Below are positions 26,511 through 36,142 of a stretch of 64,000 nucleotides of DNA, piece by piece (within the stretch, counting starts at the first letter, position 1; every line of letters starts with the position of its first letter). The translations under genes and the position numbers were made by a program. The notes under the pieces are model-generated. The model was given only the letters and a program-made list of their open reading frames with translations, was not told the DNA's origin and did not search any database. The stretch comes from Puniceicoccales bacterium Verruco_01 (GTDB taxonomy: Bacteria; Verrucomicrobiota; Verrucomicrobiia; Opitutales; Oceanipulchritudinaceae). The stretch spans positions 10,719-74,718 of the forward strand of contig LVBV01000015.1 in assembly GCA_001604565.1 (NCBI GenBank). The letters run 5' to 3'.

Positions 26511-27592
26511 CGCGAATGGTGGAAGCCAACATCCAGCGCATAAAGAGTGCGGAGACGAGGTAGCGGCTCAAGCATATGGGTTTACCACAACTCAAAAATG
26601 TTGAGAGCGAAGCTACCGCTGCCTCCGCGAACAGGAGCGTCACACAATCTACCGGATGGGTAAAGCGCAATACAGTCAAAGTGAGATCGCCGAGGCGCTG
26701 GGGTACAGCCAGTCGACGATCAGCCGGGAAGTGAACCGCAACCGCGGCGCTCGGGGGTATCGCCCGAAGCAGGCCGAGGAAAAGGCCCAGAAACGGCTGG
26801 AGGAAAAGAGCACCGGGACGAGTCAACGAGGGGCGATGGTCACTGAGGTGCGCGAACGCTTGATACGTATGCACAGCCCCGAGCAGGTGAGCGGCGCGCT
26901 GCGGCCTGAAGCAGGGAAAGACACGTCGCGCACGAGCATTTACAACTACATCCGCGCGGACAAGGAAGCGGGCGGCGAGCTGCACAAGAACCTACGCATC
27001 AACGGAAAGCGGCGTTACCCGCATCGTAACAAGACAAGCCGCCGCAAGCTGCCCGCGCGAGTGGATATCAGCGAGCGCCCCGAGATCGTGAACCAGCGCA
27101 CGCGCTACGGAGACGGGGAGGCGGACCTGATCCAGGGGAGCCGCGGTATCTGCTGAGCCTCTACGAACGCAGGAGCCGCGTGAGCCTGCTGGCGAGGCTG
27201 GAGAGCAAGGATTCGGTCGCGACCGCCGACGCGATCATCAAGGCGCTGCGGGGGCGGAAGGGGCACGCGGTCACCTACGACAACGGGCTGGAGTTCGCGG
27301 ATCACGAGCGGGTGAATGCGGCGCTGGGCTCGAAGAGCTCCTTCTGCAAGCCGTATCACTCGTGGGAGAAGGGCTGCGTGGAGAACTGCAACGGCCTGTT
27401 GCGCCAATCCTTTCCCAAGGGCGCGGACTTTCTCCACATGGACGAGGCTAGCCTCGTCCATGTCCAGAGGGAGCTCAACGAGCGCCCTCGAAAGACACTC
27501 AACTACAACTCACAAGCCAACCTGCAACACAGACTCATGGCCTGAGCATCACCCAACCCGAAGAATTTTTGCATTAAGTGTTGGAATCCGCG
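26511..27592 (+). mobile_element. IS30-family insertion sequence, decayed (approximate ends)
   Basis: Contains the IS30 transposase remnants. Tentative imperfect terminal inverted repeats are 'cgcgaatggtggaagccaacat...' (from 26511) versus the reverse complement of '...gtgttggaatccgcg' (to 27592). The ~1.08 kb size fits IS30. Confidence 0.5.
26605..27545 (+). pseudogene. IS30-family DDE transposase, frameshifted
   Basis: HTH 'LREQERHTIYRMGKAQYSQSEIAEALGYSQSTISREVNRN' has no in-frame start upstream of Met 26656. 'YGDGEADLIQG' runs into a stop at 27154-27156. The protein continues in another frame as 'YLLSLYERRSRVSLLARL...TYDNGLEF...HSWEKGCVENCNGLLRQ'. Confidence 0.8.
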
Positions 27593-27644
27593 CCAGCGCT
27601 AAATCCTTCTGGATCTTCTATGGATGCCGGGATTTTCCCCGCGC

Positions 27645-27675
27645 AAAAAACGGCGGCCCCTTGCGAGGTCGCCGT
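27645..27675 (-). terminator. rho-independent terminator after glgP
   Basis: Minus strand reads 'acggcgacc tcgcaagg ggccgccgt tttttt'. One mismatch in a 9-bp stem, then a T6 run, about 28 nt after the stop. Confidence 0.7.
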
Positions 27676-27702
27676 CTTTGTAAAGCGTTGCATGTTCGCC
27701 CT

Positions 27703-30225
27703 TTACGGCACCGGAACCGGCGGGAGGTTCCAGATCTCCGTGGCATATTCGCGGATCGTGCGGTCGCTGGAGAACTTGCCGACGCGCGCGGTGTTGAGGA
27801 GGGCCATCTTCGCCCAGCGATTCTTGTCGCGGTAGGCGGCGTCCACCATGTTCTGTGCGCGAACGTAGCTCTCGTAATCGGCCAGGCACATGAAGGGGTC
27901 GCCGCCCGGGAGCAGGCTCTCGCGGATCGAGGAGAGTTCGCCTTTTGCCTCGGGCGTGAAGTAGTCCGAGCCCACCCAGTCCACCACCTCGCGGAGGTCT
28001 GAATTGGCGTAGTAATAATCGTAGGGATTGTATCCCTTCGCGCGGAGGGCCTCCACCTCCTCGACGGTCATGCCGAAGATGAAGATGTTGTCGTCGCCGA
28101 CCTCCTCCTTGATCTCGATGTTCGCGCCGTCGAGGGTGCCGATCGTGAGCGCGCCGTTGAGCGCCAGCTTCATGTTGCCGGTGCCGGAGGCCTCCTTGCC
28201 CGCCGTGGAGATCTGTTCGGAAAGGTCCGCCGCCGGGATGATGCGCTCGGCAAGGCTCACGCGGTAGTTCGGGAGGAACACCACCTTCAGCTTCCCCTTG
28301 ATGCGCGCGTCGTTGTTGATGACCTCTCCCACGCGGTTGATCGCCTCGATGATCCGCTTGGCCAGCGCGTAACCCGGCGCGGCCTTGGCCCCGAAGAGAA
28401 CCACCCTCGGCGGAACGTCGAGATCCGGGTTGTGCAGCAGGTTCCGGTAGCGGGTCAGGATGTGCAACAGGTTCAGGTGCTGGCGCTTGTATTCGTGCAG
28501 GCGCTTGATCTGCACGTCGAAGAGAGCGTCGGGGCTGACCTCCACGCCCGTCTCCTTCTTGATGATGGCGGCAAGAGTCTCCTTGTTCGCGCGCTTGATC
28601 GCCATGAACTCGGCAAGCACGGTGGGATCGTCCGCGAACTTTTCCAAGCCCCGCAGTTTGTCGAGGTCCGCCGGCCAGTCCGGCCCGACGAGCCGGTCCG
28701 CTAGGGACGAAAGCGCGGGATTGCACGATTTCAGCCAGCGGCGCGGCGTAATGCCGTTTGTCTTGTTGTTGAAGAGGGTGGGCCAGAGTTCGTCGAAGGC
28801 GGGGAAGAGCTTCTCCCGCAGGAGCTTGGTGTGAATCGCCGCCACGCCGTTCACCGAGTGGCTGCCGACGACCGAGAGATACGCCATCCGGATCATCTTG
28901 GGGTTCGATTCCTCGATGAGGGAGAGGTCGCGCTTCTTCGAGTCGTCGCCGGGCCAGCGTGCCTCCACCGTCTCGGTCAGGAAGCGGCGGTTGATCTCAT
29001 AAATGATCTGGAGGTGCCGCGGCAGCACCCTCTCAAAGAGCGGCACGGACCATTTTTCCAGAGCCTCGGGAAGCAGGGTGTGGTTCGTGTAGGCGAGGGT
29101 CTTGCGCGTGAGCTCCCAGGCTTTTTCCCAGCCGACGCTGTGCTCGTCCACGAGCTGGCGCATGAGCTCCGCCACCGAGATCGCCGGATGCGTGTCGTTC
29201 AGCTGCACGGCCACCTTCTCTGGGAAGAGCTCAAGGTTTGAGTTCATCTTCGTGAAGCGGCGCATGATGTCGTAAAGCGAGCACGCCACGAAGAAATACT
29301 GCTGCACGAGGCGCAGCTCCTTGCCGTTTTCGGAGGTGTCGTTCGGGTAGAGGACCTTGGAGACGGATTCCGCCCAGGTCTTCTCGCGCACCGCATCGAC
29401 GTAAGATCCCCGGTTGAACACATCCAAGTCCAGCTCCTTGCCGGTCTTGGACTCCCACAGGCGCATGAAATTGACGGTCTTCGCCCCGTAGCCGACGATC
29501 GGGATGTCGTAGGGCAGGCCCACGAGTTCCTTGTAATCGGCCCACTCGTGATGGGAGTTGCCGAGGTTGTCGAAGCGCGTGTTGATGCGCCCGAAAATCT
29601 TGATCGAACGCTCGTATTCCGGGCGGACGATCTCCCACGGGCTGCCGAACTTGCTCCAGTCGTCCGGGCTTTCCACCTGCTTGCCCTCCACGAAGTTCTG
29701 CCGGAAAAGGCCGAACTGGTAGCGGATGCCGTAACCCACCGCCGGGAGCTCCAGCGTGGCGAGCGAGTCCATGAAGCAGGCCGCGAGCCTTCCGAGGCCG
29801 CCGTTGCCCAGTCCCATGTCCTCCTCCACCTCGAAAAGGTCGTCGATATCCAGATTCAGGCCCTTCAGCGCCTCCTTGGCGGGCTCGTACAGGCCGGAAT
29901 TCACCACGTTGTTCTTCAGCATCCGCCCCATGAGATACTCAAGGGACAGGTAGTAGAGCCTCCGGGCATTCCCGTTGGTCTGCGCGGCCATCGTGTCGAT
30001 GAAGCGGGAAATGATCCGGTCCTGCACGGCGCGGCTCGTGGAGATCCACCAGTCGCGCTTCGTCGCGCTGCCGGTGTCGCGCGCCAGCGAGCACTTGAGG
30101 TGGTTCAGGATCGCGCTTTTGAGTTCGTCCGGTCCCGCGTGAATGCGGAAGGCCGGAGCGACCGCCGTTGCGGACGGAGTTTTCGCGCAGTCGCCGTTCT
30201 TTCTGGAGGCTTTTGTATGAGACAT
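27703..30225 (-). CDS. glgP: glycogen/maltodextrin phosphorylase (GT35)
   Basis: '[28 protein letters not shown]' (PLP-Lys site), '[10 protein letters not shown]', '[14 protein letters not shown]'. 840 aa. Confidence 0.95.
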   Translation of the reverse strand: MSHTKASRKNGDCAKTPSATAVAPAFRIHAGPDELKSAILNHLKCSLARDTGSATKRDWWISTSRAVQDRIISRFIDTMAAQTNGNARRLYYLSLEYLMGRMLKNNVVNSGLYEPAKEALKGLNLDIDDLFEVEEDMGLGNGGLGRLAACFMDSLATLELPAVGYGIRYQFGLFRQNFVEGKQVESPDDWSKFGSPWEIVRPEYERSIKIFGRINTRFDNLGNSHHEWADYKELVGLPYDIPIVGYGAKTVNFMRLWESKTGKELDLDVFNRGSYVDAVREKTWAESVSKVLYPNDTSENGKELRLVQQYFFVACSLYDIMRRFTKMNSNLELFPEKVAVQLNDTHPAISVAELMRQLVDEHSVGWEKAWELTRKTLAYTNHTLLPEALEKWSVPLFERVLPRHLQIIYEINRRFLTETVEARWPGDDSKKRDLSLIEESNPKMIRMAYLSVVGSHSVNGVAAIHTKLLREKLFPAFDELWPTLFNNKTNGITPRRWLKSCNPALSSLADRLVGPDWPADLDKLRGLEKFADDPTVLAEFMAIKRANKETLAAIIKKETGVEVSPDALFDVQIKRLHEYKRQHLNLLHILTRYRNLLHNPDLDVPPRVVLFGAKAAPGYALAKRIIEAINRVGEVINNDARIKGKLKVVFLPNYRVSLAERIIPAADLSEQISTAGKEASGTGNMKLALNGALTIGTLDGANIEIKEEVGDDNIFIFGMTVEEVEALRAKGYNPYDYYYANSDLREVVDWVGSDYFTPEAKGELSSIRESLLPGGDPFMCLADYESYVRAQNMVDAAYRDKNRWAKMALLNTARVGKFSSDRTIREYATEIWNLPPVPVP

Positions 30226-30314
30226 GATGTATAGGCGGAATATATCGGCAAAATCTCATTCTGCCAAAGCTTGGACGCCAAGGCGAGCCCCTCTTTGGCA
30301 CGATTGCGATACGT

Positions 30315-30367
30315 TTCCACCGCAGATTGTCACAAAAGGCAATTCCTGCGCCAGATTCGCTGTGGAA
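30315..30367. repeat. REP-like imperfect palindrome containing CGCAGATT
   Basis: 'ttccac cgcagatt ... cagattcgc tgtggaa': outer arms ttccac/gtggaa with a core 8-mer shared with the elements at 56.0 and 60.9-61.0 kb. Intergenic, between the glgP start and the pta-N stop. Confidence 0.3.
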
Positions 30368-30397
30368 GAAAGAAGGTACGAAATGGAACAGCCTGCG

Positions 30398-31594
30398 TCA
30401 GCGTTTGAGCGCCGCGGTCAGAACCGTCTTGTCCACGCTCTGCATAACGAGGTCCCGGATGATCGGAATCTTGTCCGTGTCCTGCGGCTGGGTCTTGACG
30501 GTCATGGAATAGATGCGCGAGGCCGCCTTGTAGCTGTCCGGATCGCAGATCGCCACCGGCAGGTCCGTCCGGTTGATGAGGTCCATGAGCTTGGGGTGCG
30601 GCATGAGCCCGTGCGTCAGCATGATGCCCGCCGCCGCCTGCCTGCCCGAAAGCGAGGTCGCCGCAATGGCCGCGAGGATCGCGTCGTCGCGGTCGCCGGG
30701 GCACAGGAGCAGGATCCCCGGCTGCAAATGTTCGATGATGTCCTTGGCGGACATGGCGCCGATGATGACCTGTTCGATGCGCTGGAGCTTGCCCTCCGCC
30801 TCGCCGTGGAGCCAGCGCCCGCCGACTTCCTCCACCACCTGGCCAAAGTTCGGCGCCCGCAGGCGCTTTTCTTCCGGGATCACGGCAAGGAGCGGCACGC
30901 CCATCCTCGCAAGGCCGCGTCCCGCGAATTCGCGCACCACGTCCATTTTGTCCGGCATCACCTTGTTCAGGATGGCCCCGGCCACCTCCACGCCGAACTT
31001 GTCGAAGAGGCTCTTGTTGAGGGCGATTTCATCCACGGGCCTGCCGATGCCGCCGCTTGAGACGATGATCGCCTTGCTCCCGAGGATGCGTGCCACCTGG
31101 GCGTTGGAAAGGTCGCAGATGGAGCCGACGCCCGCGTGGCCGCTTCCCTCGATGATGATGGCGTCCTTGGCATACGCGGCGCGGTCGAAGGCGCGGCACA
31201 TGCGGTCCACAAGGTAGCTCCGCTGCTTGGGATCGGTCAGGTAGCGGCGCGTGAAGGTCGGGTCGATGGCGATGGGGCTCATGGCCTCGATCGGCACGTC
31301 CGTGTCGTACACCGAGTCGAACAGCACGCTGTCCTCGTCGATCATCATGCCGCTCACCTCCACGAACCGCTGGCCGATGGGTTTGATGTAGCCCACGTGC
31401 GGGAACATCGTGGACAGCACGTGGTAGAGACCGAGGCAGGTGGTGGTCTTGCCCTCGTTCTGGTGCGTCGCCGCGACAAAGATGCGCGGGGTGACGTGGT
31501 TTTCGGGCGTTTCCAGCAGGGGGCGGCCCTCTTCGAGGACCAGGTTTCCTGGCCTGCGGTGCGCCCGGTTATTCTCCACTTGTTTCGGTGCCAT
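30398..31594 (-). CDS. stand-alone Pta N-terminal-type protein (BioD-like P-loop domain plus DRTGG domain)
   Basis: 'RIFVAATHQNEGKTTTCLGL...YIKPIGQ', 'IIIEGSGHAGVGS', then 'LLLCPGDRDDAILAAIAA...IMLTHG', colinear with residues ~1-350 of long (type II) phosphotransacetylases. Confidence 0.8.
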   Translation of the reverse strand: MAPKQVENNRAHRRPGNLVLEEGRPLLETPENHVTPRIFVAATHQNEGKTTTCLGLYHVLSTMFPHVGYIKPIGQRFVEVSGMMIDEDSVLFDSVYDTDVPIEAMSPIAIDPTFTRRYLTDPKQRSYLVDRMCRAFDRAAYAKDAIIIEGSGHAGVGSICDLSNAQVARILGSKAIIVSSGGIGRPVDEIALNKSLFDKFGVEVAGAILNKVMPDKMDVVREFAGRGLARMGVPLLAVIPEEKRLRAPNFGQVVEEVGGRWLHGEAEGKLQRIEQVIIGAMSAKDIIEHLQPGILLLCPGDRDDAILAAIAATSLSGRQAAAGIMLTHGLMPHPKLMDLINRTDLPVAICDPDSYKAASRIYSMTVKTQPQDTDKIPIIRDLVMQSVDKTVLTAALKR

Positions 31595-32621
31595 ACAAAA
31601 AGTGTCGGTCGATGGCCTGACAGGCCACGATGATGGCGGCGCCGAGGATGTCGTAGGCGTGCGCGCCTCGGCTGATTTCCGCGCAGGGACGCGAAAGGCC
31701 CGTCAGAATTTGGCCGTAGCCGCGCGCCCCGGCGATGATCTGCACCATCTTGGAAACGATGTTGCCGCAGTTTAGGTCCGGGAAAACCAGAACGTTCGCC
31801 TGTCCGCCGACGGCGGCGCCGCCCACGCCCTTCAGCGCGGCCACCTCCGGAACGAGCGCCGCGTCCACCTGAATCTCGCCGTCGAATTCCGCCGCGATGC
31901 GCTTGACGAGCGCCTTCTCCCGCGCCATGGCCACGGCACTGCGCACCTTGGCGATGGAGGCGGGAAGCGGTTCCTTTTTGTGATGTGTGGCCCACGAAAG
32001 CATCGCCACGCGCGGCAATTCCCCGGTCAGGTGCCCGGCGATGTCCGCCGTGGTCACCGCGATGTCCGCAAGCTGCGCGTCGGTCGGCTCCGGGATGACG
32101 CCGCAATCCGCGAGAAACAGCGCCCCGTCCACGCCGAATTTCATCTCGTCCATGTCCAGGACGAGCATGGAGCTTGCCGTCTTCACGTGCTCCTGCAGCG
32201 GGACAATCTGGAAGATGGGGCGCAGGGCGCTCGAAGCCTGCGTCGTCGCGCCGGAGACGAGCGCGTCCGCCCGCCCCGTCATGAGCATCATCGCCGCAAA
32301 GTAGTTCTTTTCCAGCAGGCGCGCCCTGTTCGAGTCCACGTCGAACTGCGAAAAGCGCGGCAGCTCCTGAATCATGGGGAGGAACAGGTCCATGTCCTCG
32401 CTCCGTTCCGGCTCCAGAATCCGGATGCCGTCCAGGCGCAGGTCCAGCCGCTCCGCCCGCTCCTTGATCTCCGCCCGGTCACCCAGGAGGATCGGCGCAC
32501 CGAGCCTCTTGGTGGCAAAGCTCCGCGCCGCCTGAAGGATGCGGGGATCGCTTCCCTCGGGGAACACCACGCGCTTGGGATGGCGCTGGAGTTTTTCGGT
32601 CAGCCTGTCGATCAGAGCCAC
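31569..32621 (-). CDS. pta: phosphate acetyltransferase, catalytic PTA_PTB domain only
   Basis: 'RVVFPEGSDPRILQAA', 'ALVSGATTQASSALRP', 'ADCGVIPEPTDAQLADIA' and 'VLVFPDLNCGNI' are typical Pta. 350 aa. Confidence 0.9.
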   Translation of the reverse strand: MALIDRLTEKLQRHPKRVVFPEGSDPRILQAARSFATKRLGAPILLGDRAEIKERAERLDLRLDGIRILEPERSEDMDLFLPMIQELPRFSQFDVDSNRARLLEKNYFAAMMLMTGRADALVSGATTQASSALRPIFQIVPLQEHVKTASSMLVLDMDEMKFGVDGALFLADCGVIPEPTDAQLADIAVTTADIAGHLTGELPRVAMLSWATHHKKEPLPASIAKVRSAVAMAREKALVKRIAAEFDGEIQVDAALVPEVAALKGVGGAAVGGQANVLVFPDLNCGNIVSKMVQIIAGARGYGQILTGLSRPCAEISRGAHAYDILGAAIIVACQAIDRHFLYGTETSGE

Positions 32622-32787
32622 GGTGATTTCAGTCTAGTTTGCCGGAAGGGGACACTGCAAGGACGCAGGGGCGTCAATCGCCGCTACCTTACCTGCGGAA
32701 AGGTAAATAGGGATGCGCGCTGTCTTTACAATGTAAATCGGGAAGGGCGTCATGTTCCCGTAAAACCGGGGATCGGCGCGTGTTTGC

Positions 32788-33981
32788 TTATCCGACGGCG
32801 CTGGCCATGTTGAAGATCGGCAAGAACATCGCGATCACGATGCCGCCGACGACGACGCCCAGCACCACGATGATGATCGGCTGCATGAGGCTCGTCAGGG
32901 CATCGACAGTGGTGTTCACCTCGTTGTCGAAGAAGTCCGCCGCCTTGTCCATCATGCCGTCCACGTTGCCGGTGGATTCGCCCGCGCGGGCCATGTGCTT
33001 CACCGTGGGCGGGAAGTAGGGGAGCATCGCGATGGTGTCCGAAAGCTGGCCGCCCTGGGACACGTCGCGCGACATGTCGCGCACGCCCGCCTCCACGAAG
33101 GTGTTGCCGCTCGCCTTCGAGACGATTTCCAGAGCCCGCAGGATCGGCACGCCGCTGCGCAGCAAGATCGCGTAGGTGCGGCAGAAGCGAGCCATCGCCA
33201 CCTTGCGGATGAGCGGGCCCACGATCGGCACCTTCGCAAGGAATTTGTCCTTGGCGATCCTCCCGCGCGGGGTGGCCACGAAGCGCCGGAGAATCCACGC
33301 AAGGATGACGAAGGCGACGATGATGTACAAAATGTTGCTCTGCAAAAGTTTGCTCGCGCCGATTACCCACTGCGTGAACTTCGGCAGCTCCTTGTCGAAG
33401 TCGGAATACATCTCGGCGAACTTGGGGATCACGAAGATGAGGAGCACGTTGATGAGGACGATCGCAAGGGTGATGACCGCGATCGGGTAGGCCATGGCTC
33501 CCTTCACCTTCTTGCCGAGGCGCACCGAGTTTTCGAAATACGTGGCCACCTTGCCCATGAGTCCGGCGAGGCTGCCGGAAGCCTCGCCTGCCTCCACCAT
33601 CGAGACGAAGAGGCTGGGGAAGGCCCTCGGATACTTGGCAACGGCCTCGGAGAACGAGGTGCCCGCCGCCACGTCGTTGCGCACGTCGCGAATGATGATG
33701 CGGAAAACGGGGTTCTCGGTCTGTTCCTCGATGGCGGCCAGCGCCGAGACCAGAGGAAGACCCGAGTCCAGCATCGAGGCGAGCTGCTGCGTGAAGGTGC
33801 AGACCGCCGCCAGCTTGATCTTCGCTGTTTTGGAGCGCTTCTCGTTGGCGCGTTGCTTGGCCAGCTTCTGGCCTTCCCAGAAACCGACGCTCGCTCCGCC
33901 CTTCGCGGCGGAGGGCTTTGCCTTCGTCGCGCGCTGGGGAACGTTCTGGTTGAGGAAGGGCATCTCTTTCCGGGAATGCAA
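32788..33981 (-). CDS. type II secretion / type IV pilus platform protein (GspF/PilC family)
   Basis: Two GspF repeats ('FTQQLASMLDSGLPLVSAL...' and 'FCRTYAILLRSGVPILRAL...'). The start may instead be Met at 33963 ('MPFLNQ'). Confidence 0.85.
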   Translation of the reverse strand: MHSRKEMPFLNQNVPQRATKAKPSAAKGGASVGFWEGQKLAKQRANEKRSKTAKIKLAAVCTFTQQLASMLDSGLPLVSALAAIEEQTENPVFRIIIRDVRNDVAAGTSFSEAVAKYPRAFPSLFVSMVEAGEASGSLAGLMGKVATYFENSVRLGKKVKGAMAYPIAVITLAIVLINVLLIFVIPKFAEMYSDFDKELPKFTQWVIGASKLLQSNILYIIVAFVILAWILRRFVATPRGRIAKDKFLAKVPIVGPLIRKVAMARFCRTYAILLRSGVPILRALEIVSKASGNTFVEAGVRDMSRDVSQGGQLSDTIAMLPYFPPTVKHMARAGESTGNVDGMMDKAADFFDNEVNTTVDALTSLMQPIIIVVLGVVVGGIVIAMFLPIFNMASAVG

Positions 33982-34132
33982 TTTATCACCACTGCGCCCG
34001 CGGGAAAGCAGGATCGCGCTGTTTTTGCGTGTTTTACCTTTTTTTGGGGTGATGCCCGGGCCTTTCGCTCATCGAAGACGCCCCAATTGCGTTGAAACGG
34101 ACGGATTGTCCCCCTAGCGTGCCCCCTTCCCA

Positions 34133-35437
34133 ATGAACGACTCCTCTTTGCAAAACCCCTCGGCGAGCGCAACTTCCGTGGAAGGCGCCTCCGCCAAAGC
34201 CAATCTGCTCAAGGCCCTCGGCCCCGGCATCCTCGTCGCCTGCGCGGCGGTGGGCGGGTCGCACCTTGTGTGGTCCACCCGGGCGGGGGCGGAGTTCGGC
34301 TGGAGCCTCATTTTCCTCATCATCCTGGCGAACTTCCTCAAGTTCCCCTTCTTCCTCTACGGGCAGCGTTACACCGCCGCCACGGGCGAGAGTCTTCTCG
34401 ACGGCTACAAGAGACTGGGTGTCGGATATGTCTGGACCTTCCTCCTCATCAACGTGACGACGGCCACGATCAACATCGCGGGCGTCGGCATGGTGACGGG
34501 CGCACTCCTCAAGGGCTACGGGATGGGGGAGGCGAGCGTGACGGTTCTTTCCGTGGTGATGATCGCCCTGTGCACGGCGATGATTCTGCTCGGACACTAC
34601 AAGCTGCTCGACCGGCTCTCCAAGACCGTGATGATCATTTTGGCCCTGTGCACCTTTGCGGCGGTGCTCTTCGCGATGTGCAGGGGTTCCGTGGCACCGG
34701 AGGGATATGTGGGGCCCAGCCCATGGAACCTCGCTACGCTGCCTTTCATGGTGTCGCTCCTTGGCTGGATGCCTGCGCCGGTCGATCTCTCCGCGTGGTC
34801 AAGCCTCTGGATCTTCAGCCGCAGCAAGGACACCGGGCACTTTGCGACCGTGAAGGAGACCTCCGTCGATTTCTATCTTTCCTATGCGGCGACGGCGGTT
34901 CTGGCGGTGGCCTTCGTGGCCCTCGGGCGGTATGTGATGTTCGGCTCGGGCCAGTCGTTTTCCGCGAGCGGCACGGGCTTTGCCTTCCAGCTTGTGAACC
35001 TCTACTCCGCCACGATCGGCGACTGGTCGCGCTGGCTCATCCTCTCCTGCGCCTTCCTCACCATGTTCAGCACCACGATCACCTGCGTGGACGGCTATCC
35101 CCGTGCCCTCGCGGCCTCGACATTGCTCGTCGCGGGCCGGCAGGCGCGGGAATTCCGCCGGATTCACCAGATCTGGATCGTGGCCATTTCCCTCAGCGCG
35201 GCGATCGTCGTCCTGTACTTCGTGAAGGACCTGATGCAGATGCTCGTCTTCGCGACGGTCGTGTCCTTTGTCACCTCGCCGATCCTCGCGTGGATCAACC
35301 TGCGCGTCATGAGCGGGGCGAACGTCCCGGAAAAGCACCGTCCCGGCCTGTTCCTGCGCATTGTGAGCTGGGCGGGCCTCGCGTTCTTCGCGATCATGGG
35401 CCTCGGCTACCTCTACGTGCTGCTCTCGGGCGTGTAG
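34133..35437 (+). CDS. NRAMP-family divalent metal transporter
   Basis: 'LGPGILVACAAVGGSHLV', 'FLKFPFFLYGQRYTAATGESLLDGY' and 11-12 predicted TM segments. 434 aa. Confidence 0.8.
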   Translation: MNDSSLQNPSASATSVEGASAKANLLKALGPGILVACAAVGGSHLVWSTRAGAEFGWSLIFLIILANFLKFPFFLYGQRYTAATGESLLDGYKRLGVGYVWTFLLINVTTATINIAGVGMVTGALLKGYGMGEASVTVLSVVMIALCTAMILLGHYKLLDRLSKTVMIILALCTFAAVLFAMCRGSVAPEGYVGPSPWNLATLPFMVSLLGWMPAPVDLSAWSSLWIFSRSKDTGHFATVKETSVDFYLSYAATAVLAVAFVALGRYVMFGSGQSFSASGTGFAFQLVNLYSATIGDWSRWLILSCAFLTMFSTTITCVDGYPRALAASTLLVAGRQAREFRRIHQIWIVAISLSAAIVVLYFVKDLMQMLVFATVVSFVTSPILAWINLRVMSGANVPEKHRPGLFLRIVSWAGLAFFAIMGLGYLYVLLSGV

Positions 35438-35454
35438 AAAGACGGAAGCCAGCT

Positions 35455-35823
35455 CTACAACTCGTCGTACTTCTTCGAGTTGCCGCGCGCCTTTTCCACG
35501 GGATACTTGATCCCGTTCACGCGCACCTTGTCCTTTATGGCTTGCGCAGCGTCGATGCCGGTGCGGTTGGCGAATTCCAGCGCGTAAATGAGAACGTCCG
35601 CCAGTTCCTCGCGGATCTTCGGCCCCTTGACCGGATCGTCCACCAGAGCCCGGCTCTGCGCGGAATCCGTCCAGAGAAAGTGCTCCATCAGTTCCGCCGC
35701 TTCCGCAGCCAGCGCCATCGAGACGTTCTTCGGCGAATGGATGGGTCCCCAATCGCGCTCGTCGGAGAATTCCAGAATGAGCTTCTTTACTTCCGCAAAC
35801 GTGGTTTTTGCGTCGTCGGCCAT
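35455..35823 (-). CDS. MazG-like nucleotide pyrophosphohydrolase
   Basis: 'RDWGPIHSPKNVSMALAAEAAELMEHFLW' and 'IREELADVLIYALEFAN' form the EExxE...ExxD four-helix MazG core. 122 aa. Confidence 0.85.
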   Translation of the reverse strand: MADDAKTTFAEVKKLILEFSDERDWGPIHSPKNVSMALAAEAAELMEHFLWTDSAQSRALVDDPVKGPKIREELADVLIYALEFANRTGIDAAQAIKDKVRVNGIKYPVEKARGNSKKYDEL

Positions 35824-36142
35824 CCCTTGCGCCCAACGATAACGCAGCCGCCTTTCTTTGAAAGAGAAAAACGCCGTTTCCCGCGAAACACTTCCGAAAC
35901 ATTTTCCCTTCGCGCTGAAACCACTTTTCGGCGGCGCGGTTCCCCCAAGTGCAAGACAGCTTTTTGAAGACCGGCCTCCGGGCCGGCAAGGTCAAGTGGT
36001 ATTCATTGGTATGAGGGGCGCTCCGGTGGTGCGGGGCGCCCCTGTTGTGTACAGAAGGGACTTGGGCCGGCTTCAAAAGCCGCGATGCGTGCCGCCATTC
36101 GGGCGGCGGCTCGATTGAGCTGGGACCGCGTTGGAAAGTGAA

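Noticed and set aside
27599-28726. 375-aa minus-strand ORF in a second frame over glgP
   Set aside because: Same strand as glgP but out of frame. Arg/Gly/Pro-rich. The glgP frame carries the PLP-site and other GT35 motifs.
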